In this document: positions 54,956 through 64,000 of the stretch, piece by piece
Position numbering within the stretch: position 1 is the first letter of the stretch
Layout of the letters: each line of letters begins with the position of its first letter
DNA from: Octopus vulgaris
Lineage: Eukaryota
Assembly (NCBI GenBank): GCA_951406725.2
Contig: OX597816.1
Coordinates: forward strand, 60,574,001 to 60,638,000
Reading direction: 5' to 3'
Length of the DNA stretch: 64,000 bases
Translations under genes and position numbers: made by a program
The notes under the pieces: generated by a model
The model's input: only the letters and a program-made list of their open reading frames with translations
The model's database searches: none
What the model was told of the DNA's origin: nothing

Positions 54956-55685
54956 GTATGTTATGTTTTTAATTCCTCTTCTTGTAAAATATTTATATTT
55001 GCTGTTCAGCAATCAGTGTGACGTCAATAAGAATACATCAACATTCAATAACACTTTACTCTATCAATAACATTAACATAGAACTTTTTCTCTATGTCAT
55101 ATCGTATATTGGTAGCTTTAATTAATTTTAATCAGTTTAAATGCTGAATTTGTCTCCCCTACTTTTCTTGGCTGGAATTAATCACTAAAATAATTATTCT
55201 TCTCCTCAACACTAGGAGTATGCTCATGATTAGTTAAAATATCTTGGTTCACCTCAATTTGATTATCTACATGTAGTCCAATGGCAAGCTGTAGATAGAG
55301 AAACAAGATGTACTGAATATTATCATTATACAAATCTGAAATTGTCTTATAAATGGATGACGCATTTAAATCACAATATATTATGGTTATATATGTACTT
55401 GTCTCCAAGCTGATGAATGTAATCTATGTGGCTGCTCATGCTGCTCAAAATAGCATGTCTTCCACTTCATGCAATACATCATAGAGAGGGTGGGGAACTA
55501 GACTGCCTTTGGTAGGGTCCTGATCAATTTTGATCTGTCTAAAGTATTCGATAGGGCTGAGAATCATGGACTGGAAGCTGTACTGAAAGTGGCTAGTTTC
55601 AATTTTGTTTTCAGAGGCTGAATCACTGCTATTCACGTTAGCATCTTCTTGATCATTAAGGTAACGGCCACTTCTCATAACCGTT

Positions 55686-56950
55686 TTGTATCACTCGCTC
55701 AGTCCGTCATGGATGGCCCTTTTGCCTCTTCTGCTCATCCGAGTTCTCAAGCCAACGATACAGAAGCTGGAGCTGCTGAGGGACATCCCTTTTGAACTAG
55801 AACAGCATGGAAGGACTTTGCTGGTGTATGCAAATGATGTTATAATTAGGATATCAGACGCCGCCAAAGTGGAGCCAGCTGGCTCCACGTTGAAGGAATA
55901 TGATGGTGCCCGGAGCAATATTAAATCCAAACAAACCAGTGGTTTTGCTGCTTCAAACCTGAAGAGGCAAGTCCATGATGTTGGATGGTATTGTAAAGCG
56001 CCGGGCTGATGGACTGGTTAAACTGCTTGGGGTCTGATTTGGTCCATAACTTCCAGATGGACCTGAACTGGCACAAAATGACAAGTAGTGTTGGCTTGGT
56101 ATACTGTGACTGCTGCTGCACAGACATGCACTCCGGCTGCACCACATGCAAGGGTTTCTAGATGGTGAGCCGATGAAGTCATCGTTCATGACAGAGTTTC
56201 AATCCTGGGTGAAGCAAAGGCCAAGATTAGCCTGGCACTTTAAGTATAGTCAGGTGCTTACCACTCTATCGGTGAGGTTGGAGGATCAGTGGAAGTTCCA
56301 TTCTAGTAATTTGCAGAAGGTTAGTGGAATGAAGCGTGATGATATCTTCAGGGAAATCTGGGGATAGACGTGACGAACGTATCAGTCTGTTTTGGAGTAC
56401 TTTCTGACTGGATATGGTAATGGGTAACTTTCAGAAGTCCCTAACATGGCAGATCTGCTCAGAGAGTGACACTGATTGCTTGAGATAAACTTTACAAGCA
56501 TAGAAGTGCCGTCAGATGAACCTGTCGAAGGAATGCACAGGGAAATTAAACCATTCTGCACATACTTGTTCAGCATTTAGAAATTGTTGACTTGTGGATT
56601 TGTGTTGAACAGCTACTGGTGTATGTGGGATAGATGCAGTTGTCAGCCAAGTCCTTTCTGAGGATTGATCCACTGCCTTCCATTAGCCGGGCAAGGAAGG
56701 CAGTCTTCCTCTGCATGGTGAATTGAGAAAGAAGTTGTGTGGTGGACAAAGTTGAAAGGTCTAAGGACAAACATTTATTGATTTTGTTCGAGTTTCATGA
56801 AGAGGGAGGTGATGTCCACAAGTTTTCTGAAAGGTGAGTAAGAGTCGCACAAATGGCCAGTGTGGACTGGAGCACTCTAAGATTACACCTGTAGGTCAGA
56901 GAATGACTGTTGGAGAAGGCACTTGCCCTTGCTATTCACAATGATCTTGG
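55686..56950 (+). mobile_element. Highly decayed L1/Tx1-like LINE remnant in a TGDS intron
   Basis: LLPLL..RVLKP, LLVYANDVII and VKLLGV resemble RT subdomains. Confidence 0.5.
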
Positions 56951-57310
56951 ATTTGTGGGTTCCTGAATTGGCCTTAGATGGATGTCCTGCTGTATCCAGA
57001 GGATAGTTCTGTCGTCATCACATTTAAATACTACATTTACTTTTATTTCAATTTATTCTTTTAATCGTTCTATTTTGCATAAATCCCCACTCTTTATGCC
57101 TGTGTTTGTTTCATCAAACTCATCTGTCAATCTAATGCTTAGTGTCATTTTTACCGACTTTTTACGTTCTAAGTTCAAATATCTCCAAGACAACCTTGCT
57201 TTCATCCTTTTGGGATCGGTTGATGTAGTCAACTAATCCAATCCCCCTAAAGTTGCTAGCTTTGTGCCAAAATTTGAAATAATCATTGATATTTTCTTTT
57301 ATTTCTGTAG

Positions 57311-57377
57311 TGGCAGTCATCTTGTGATTCATCTTGTGGAGAAATATCCAGAATACTACATTGTTAATTACGATAAA
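57311..57377 (+). CDS. TGDS: TGDS coding exon 2 (67 nt)
   Basis: AG|..GSHLVIHLVEKYPEYYIVNYDK|GTAAGA. Phase is compatible with exon 1. Confidence 0.92.
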
Positions 57378-57561
57378 GTAAGAAACATTTTCTTCTATTT
57401 TATAAGGAAAACTCAAATTACTTTCTGTCACACCTCTTTGATTTTCTAAATATGTATGTATGTATGTATGGATGGATGGATGGATGGATGGATGAATGGA
57501 TGGATGGATGGATGTGTACGCATGTATGTATTTATTTATGTAATTTCTTTTCTTTTTGCAG

Positions 57562-57630
57562 TTGAATTACTGTTCTTCATTGAAACCTCTTGAGTATCTT
57601 CGCACAAAACCCAACTACAAATTTATTTTG
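57562..57630 (+). CDS. TGDS: TGDS coding exon 3 (69 nt)
   Basis: ttttgcAG|LNYCSSLKPLEYLRTKPNYKFIL|GTAAGT. Confidence 0.92.
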
Positions 57631-57750
57631 GTAAGTGATGCCATGAATAATTGAACTTACACAAAATATGTTACTTTATCCTCCACCACACACACACGCA
57701 TACACACGTACGCACGCACATGCGCACACACACGCACACACACACGTACG

Positions 57751-57801
<51 letters not shown>

Positions 57802-58660
57802 ACACACACACACACACACAGTACCTACCTACAGTTAGGTAAACTAAACACCAACTGTTAATCTATAGTGAATTTCAAAGAAGAGCTTAATGGCAATGAT
57901 ATAGAAGAAACATTAGTGTGTTGGCTTAAACGCCTTGACATTTATTTGAGTTCTAAGATCAAATTCTACGAAAGTCAGCCTTGCTTTGCATCTTCCAGTG
58001 TCAATGAAGCATGAACCAGCAGAGTCATTAGTGCCAGATGAGCTGCTTTGCAATGTTTGTTCTGGCTGTTTGCATTGTTCAGTTCAAATTCTGCTGTGGC
58101 CTATTCATGTGGTTGACATAATCCATCACCCAGTTTAACACCATCACTTAATCCTTGAGACTCTTTAGTGGGGTCCATTCTGTTGCAAGCATTCAGGCTA
58201 AGGTTCTGGTTTCATGATATACATCTTTCTTTTCCTTCCTTTAGTCTTGGGGGTTTTATGAAGGGTCATGGGAACTGCTCTTCCCTCATGACTAAGAGAT
58301 AAAAAAAAAAGAGTGAAACTGAGTGAATGGAGAGTATGAAAGTCATTGAGATGGATTCTCCCAGCAAGTCAAATGCCCAGTCTTGTTATACAGTGTAATG
58401 CTATTTCTGTATAATAAGGTCTGGGAAAAGGTCTTGGGAATTCTTCCTGACTAAATGATAAAAAAAATAAGTGCAGTTGCCATGAGGAGAGAAGAATCTT
58501 ACAGTTCAGGCTTTTAATCTTAAAGTGAAGAAGTGAAAGTGAAAGTGGTGTTGTTAACTTTGATTGTAAGCATGTAAGCCATTTGTTCTCCTCACCCATA
58601 TACTCAGTAAAAATACTGATGTTATAACTAAAATTTTGATTTCTTGTTGCTTTGTTTCAG

Positions 58661-58751
58661 GGAGATATTTGTGATCCTCAAACTGTATACAATACACTTA
58701 AAAAAAACAACATTGACACTATCCTCCATCTTGCTGCTGAATCGCATGTCG
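58661..58751 (+). CDS. TGDS: TGDS coding exon 4 (91 nt)
   Basis: tttcAG|GDICDPQTVYNTLKKNNIDTILHLAAESHV(D)|GTAAGT. Confidence 0.93.
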
Positions 58752-59005
58752 GTAAGTTGATATTTTTTTAAAAACATAAAACACCTGCATGTAAAACAAT
58801 AGTTAAGATTGTGCTGACATATTTAATGTAGTAAATAATTTTTAAAATCTTATTATTCGAAATACTTATACAGTGAATTACTTAAGCAGTGAGAAAAACC
58901 AGTATTAGCCCAATGACTGACTTTATTTTAGTCATTTCAGAAAGTTTGAAAGTCAACTCCAAATACTTGTAAATTTCAATTTTATTAGACTTGTTTGTGA
59001 TATTC

Positions 59006-59046
<41 letters not shown>

Positions 59047-60141
59047 TCAGTGGTTCATATATCCGAAAAGGAAGCAATGAAGCACACGTTAAAGCATTAC
59101 AGCGGCAACATATCTTTTCTAGAAAGTTAAACATTATGGCCGGTCTTAGAGTGTTCATTGGTTTTGCGCCTATATAGTACTTAGCGGTATAAGCAACTCT
59201 TCAGACTTAAATGGCTAAAGGCGCATAACCTCTCTAGAACTGGAAGAAGAAATATGTAAAGATCAGTTGGTTTTATAAACAAAAAATAATTGTTCGTACT
59301 GCGGACGGGACGGGGTTGGCGGGACGGGATTATTCCCCCCACATCGGTTCCAGTCATGGTGGTATTCGAAGGAGTTGTGGCAGGACTATTCATCGAATGG
59401 GGAATTCCAAGTCTGAAATAGGAAACGTTTTAGATCTGGGTATTGGCTGAATACTGCTTTCCTGGAGTTTAAAACATTCCCCGGGTCATGCGAGATTTTA
59501 GGATTCTTCCCTCTCAGCCAAGCTGCTCCCTTTTATATAAGTCTCTGGTTGTTCAAGGAGCTTCCATTTAATTATGTATGGGGTTTCTTCCTCTTTTAAA
59601 TGCTATACGTGACTGGCCAGGGACGTGATGGTGCACCTTTCCGGTATCCTAAAAGAGGACCTGTGATTATTCAGGCGTTGCTTAAACGAGGTCACAGGTG
59701 AACCGATATGTTTTTGTGTCTGTGTATTAGGTGTGCTACATCAGAAGAGCCCATTTGGTCTGTTTGACCCTGGTCGAACCTTTATTAAACAGTAGCGTTT
59801 TCCTGGCAATGCCTCTATCGCTAATGTCAGTGAAGCCCCTAGCGAAAGTAAGTGCCTTTACCAGAAGCCCTTTCGATATAGACGGTTAAAAATCGACCTT
59901 AATGAACTGGCTGAATCTTGCCCTGCCTCTACCCTGGCTGGTTTTCAACCATGAAATGACTTTATTGATGCTACACCAGAAGGAGAGACTGGACGCTCCA
60001 CTTATGTCATCATTAATTTTCTTTATTATGTTATTATGTTACATTATTTACATTTGACGGATATTTAAGAGATGAGGAATTATGTACATTATTTACATTA
60101 TTTACATTTGACGGATATTTGTCGTCATCTTGTTAGTTGTT

Positions 60142-60187
60142 AACACAACGTTTCGGCTGATATACCCTCCAGCCTTCATCAGGTGTC
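60142..60187 (-). ncRNA. Minimal type-I hammerhead ribozyme
   Basis: gacac-CTGATGA-a-ggctg-gagggtatat-cagcc-GAAA-cg-TT-gtgtt. Palindromic ACGT stem III. Confidence 0.8.
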
Positions 60188-60222
60188 TTGTGGAAATTTC
60201 GAACCTGGGTTCTCATTCCCAC

Positions 60223-60293
60223 GGGCATATGGCGTAGTGATTAAGAACGCGGGCTACTAACCTCAAGATTCTGAGTTCGATTCCAGGCTGTGA

Positions 60294-60376
<83 letters not shown>

Positions 60377-60535
60377 TTAACAACGACGACGACGACGACG
60401 ACGACAAATACCTTGGGAATGAGAACCCAGGTTCGAAATTTCCACAAGACACCCGATGAAGGCTCGAGGGTATATCAGCCGAAACGTTGTGTTAAGAACA
60501 AACAAGATGAGGACAAATATCCGTCAAAATATAAA
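60223..60535 (+). mobile_element. tRNA-headed, hammerhead-bearing non-autonomous element
   Basis: tRNA-like 60223-60296 (A box TGGCGTAGTGA, B box GAGTTCGATTC, pairing acceptor stem), (AAT)n/(ACG)n spacer, hammerhead copy at 60448-60493. Confidence 0.75.
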
Positions 60536-60776
60536 TAAAGTTCTTTAGTTTGTATTTTCTCGCCAGACCGATCTCCAATATAGTCGGGTTGATCAGGCAG
60601 CACTTGGATTATGGTCCTTGATGGTGATAAAGGCATTCCTCTTAGGTAATATTTATACCCTGTCAGCGATACCTAGACTGTTGGATAACTGCTTAGCTTC
60701 ACTGTTAATGCTGTATGTATGTGTGTGAGAAGCGAGTCTATATTTCTGCGTTATGTTGTCTTTTAAAAGCCTATCG

Positions 60777-60845
<69 letters not shown>

Positions 60846-61295
60846 GCTCTATATAGGTTTTTAGTTTTATCGGAGAAGAGTAAGGATCTGTCAGAGTTTT
60901 TCTAGCAGTCGTAAGTCAGAATGGAGTTTGCGCTGAAATGGGCAAAAGAACTTACGGAATCTCAGGTTCGAGACGATACCCGCTTCGAAGGCTTCGAGGT
61001 CTTTGAGTCTTAGTGGGAACCTCCTGGAATTAATACCGTATGTGTTGGCTTCTGAGGACGGTGTAACTTGGTTGTAGAAGTATACTTTCATCTCCGTCTT
61101 ATGAGCTGGATTAATCTTTTTGAGCAGCATTTTTGTATAAAGATCGTTTGAAGGCATTGTTATATTTTATGCAGAATAACCGAGACCCTATAACTCCATG
61201 GTATCCGAGAGCTTTCGTGAGTATGTAGAGGCGCACAGCCGGCGGTACAGCTCCATAGCAGCTCCAGCTATGAGTACATATCTTGTATATATTAA

Positions 61296-61589
61296 CCCCT
61301 TACCCAACAATTATTTTGAAAATAAATGTATTTTTTCAGATATATTTTGTGACTAAATCATACTCGGTCTTCAATGCCTTACTCAAGCGAAAGGTGGCAG
61401 AAATCGTCACTGCCAGACGTATAAAGTGAGCGAATATACTCGTATATGTCAAAAAAGAGTTTATAATAGACGAAGGAACTCGTTTGCTGTCGATTTTGGC
61501 GAGTCTATCTTTTGACGAGTTAACTCGCCAGAGATAGAGAAAAACGATTTCGGTCAAAACGCATATATTCGTTTCTGCCGGGTAAGGGG
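61296..61589. mobile_element. piggyBac-type MITE
   Basis: TTAA TSDs at 61292-61295 and 61590-61593. TIRs CCCCTTACCC / GGGTAAGGGG. Confidence 0.85.
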
Positions 61590-61769
61590 TTAATGTACCG
61601 TACACACGAGGGGTGGACCGACTTTGCCTTTCATCCTTTCGGGGTCGATAAATTAAGTACCAGTTACGCACTGGGGTCGATGTAATCGACTTAACCCGTT
61701 TGTCTGTCCTTGTTTGTCCCCTCTATGTTTAGCCCCTTGTGGGTAAAAAGAAATATATATTAGAGCAAC

Positions 61770-62640
61770 GGCTGATTCATTCAAGAATCGTTATCACAAC
61801 CATGTCACCAGCTTCCAGAAAATTAACAAAAGACGTTCAACATCTTTGGCCGATTTTGTGTGCCGACTTAAGAATGATAAAATGAAGTATAACATAACCT
61901 GGTCCATTGTAAGACTCGCAAAACCGTATAATATCACTTCCAGGAGATACCGACTCAGCTCCGAGGAATCTCTGTCTATCCTGTGGACCAATGAGAAGAT
62001 CATAAATAGAATTTCTGAAAGATTCTCAAGATGCTTATATGCATATAAATGCACTTTCACACAATGCAGTGGGAATGTATTTGTGTAACCGTTAACTTAA
62101 TTAATAATCATAATTCACTTTAAGGTATAGATGAATTAAATTTAGCTCTAACATTCCCATTCTTATAAACACCAAGCAGCTATTCAATTCGTTTTGTAAA
62201 CAAATGAGCAAACCACACGTGTGCGTATGTTTCCATCGTTATGAATGTTTATTTGAGCAAGTGTACATGCACCATTGAACCTATGCAGGGGCGTTTATAC
62301 ATCCATATCCTTTAACGGTTATATATTTAATACTTTTCTCGTTGTATTGTGAGTTCGTTTCTTATTTGCATCTGTTATTTTTTTTATTATTGCTCTTCTA
62401 TACAAATGAAGCTATGTCCTTTAATTTGCTGCTTTTCTGGACACGAACTGAGATTATACCTAGCAGGACTGTTATTTTGACGGGTTACATCTGTTTATCA
62501 CCCGAAGAGACACATCAACACTGTCTGATGCTCCTGAACCAGTTGTTAAGTATCCCATGAGGGATCGATGCCAGATGGGTCGAAACAGTTCTAGTGATTA
62601 ATAAAAATTCTCGTATCTTCCATCTTCAGTCTCTCATTAA
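61770..62640 (+). mobile_element. Penelope-like (Naiad-like) 3' remnant with degenerate hammerhead
   Basis: STSLADFVCRLK...YNITWSI..LAKPY aligns with the C-terminus of the 709-aa ORF. Motif atcac-CCGAAGA-gac...gtc-GAAA-cagttc-TA-gtgat at 62497-62598, then AATAAA. Confidence 0.75.
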
Positions 62641-62644
62641 CCAA

Positions 62645-62723
<79 letters not shown>

Positions 62724-63339
62724 GTTTGACTGACAATACTACCAATAGCTTCATGTGGAAGTGATTTCCAAAATCTTCAAGCGATTCACATAGAAATGCT
62801 AGTAATCACCTCCATGTTGAATGAGAATTGAGAATATGCAAAATTATGCAAGTATATGCAGGACTTCAGAATAAATACACAGATCGGCAAAAGTAACTTG
62901 TGAGGATTTTCAATTGTTATTTCTTATACATTGGCTATGGATTATTGCAAAAATTTGGGTTCATCATAGATTAATTCATAACCTTGTGTGAAAACGATCA
63001 TGCAAACCCATATCTATAGATATATATAAATACATCCAACATGCATTTTGTTGAGGTTTGACCATGTGCACCTTATTATTTATGACGCTTCACATGTTGC
63101 ACATGCAACATTTTTATCCAATAGACCCTTAAAGAGGGGGCGCGGATACCCCCTGTATGAGTTGGAGCATCATAGCTGGGACCATCAAATATAAAGGGCA
63201 AGGCAGCAGATGAAATCTGTGTATCACAGAGTGCTACTCGAGTGGCCTTTCCGACGTGTTGACATTCAACAGTAACACTCGAAAGTGTCATCTTCCCTAT
63301 TTGTCTTCTTTTTCTCTTTCGGGAAATGACGTGGCTATG

Positions 63340-63610
63340 GACAGACCGTGTGGTTGTATCAGGCCCATCTTCCAAACCGAGTCACCTTTGCTGTCAGAGA
63401 CCGATCGACCAGTATCCGTTTTCTTGTGGACACTGGTGCAGAGGGAAGCATCCTACCATCTACTCGTGTACAAGGTAACAAGAAACTATTATCAATCCTT
63501 ATTGAGACTGTTAACTATTCGCCGATTGCAATCTTTGGAGAAAAATCGACGATCCTGAATCTCAGTCTCAGAAGAGCCTTCAAATAGTTTTTTACAGTCG
63601 CTAAATTCCC
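63340..63610 (+). mobile_element. Gypsy-like LTR retrotransposon aspartic protease remnant
   Basis: RFLVDTGAEGSILP motif followed by NYSPIAIFG...LNLSLRR.F. Confidence 0.75.
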
Positions 63611-64000
63611 AGCTAAATTCCCGGCACGTGCACGCACACACATGCATACATACATGCATACATACATACATACATACATACATACATACATACATACATA
63701 CATAGATACATACATACACGCATAAATACATACATACATAAATACATACATACATATATACATTCATACAAACCCGTGTACACACACATGCGCACACACA
63801 CGTACACACACGCGCGCGCGCACACGCACACACTCACACACAAGTTCAAAATTAATGGTGAATGTCACAGAATAAACAAAGTGAAACAAGGTGTAACTAT
63901 TAGTTTAATTTTCAGCAAGAGATTAAGAAAGTTGACGTGTGTGACATTCCAAGCTGGTGTTCAAAGTTATTTAAACGAAAGAAAATGAGTACAAGAAAGA

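Larger units (their letters stand above)
59150..61200 (-). mobile_element. Decayed Penelope-like (Naiad-like) element with nested insertions
   Basis: 60891-61157 (YGINSRRFP..LKDLEAFE...LRFRK) aligns with the N-terminus of the 709-aa ORF. About 59540-59690 reads FKQRLNNHRSSF...TSLASHV...WKLL. Confidence 0.75.

Noticed and set aside
55869-55888. Perfect 20-bp palindrome GTGGAGCCAGCTGGCTCCAC
   Set aside because: It lies inside a decayed LINE remnant and has no other support for function.
60223-60296. Possible functional tRNA gene (ACT anticodon)
   Set aside because: Anticodon and T stems are mismatched, the anticodon is atypical and no T-run terminator follows. It is treated as a SINE-like head.

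Overview
This is AT-rich, microsatellite-dense eukaryotic DNA. The repeat landscape suggests a coleoid cephalopod, probably Octopus (inferred, not confirmed). The only host gene I can support is the 5' part of a spliced TGDS/RmlB-type dTDP-glucose 4,6-dehydratase (four coding exons, 54912-58751, + strand, continuing beyond what I could trace). The rest is mostly mobile DNA: an apparently intact Penelope-like element (Naiad-like, 709 aa RT plus GIY-YIG), decayed Penelope copies, a nest of R4/Dong-like LINEs in (TAA)/(TGA) arrays, a near-intact RTE LINE, mariners, Helitron, piggyBac and hAT non-autonomous elements, and tRNA-derived SINEs. The most notable hidden layer is a set of at least seven minimal type-I hammerhead ribozyme motifs, several with variant cores. 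One belongs to a non-coding element with a tRNA-like head and a Penelope-style inverted partial duplication (60107-60535), a candidate Penelope-mobilised ribozyme SINE or retrozyme. A complex mariner-associated rearrangement at about 29.9-33.9 kb can be read to the base. All alignments and folds were done by eye and no database searches were run.
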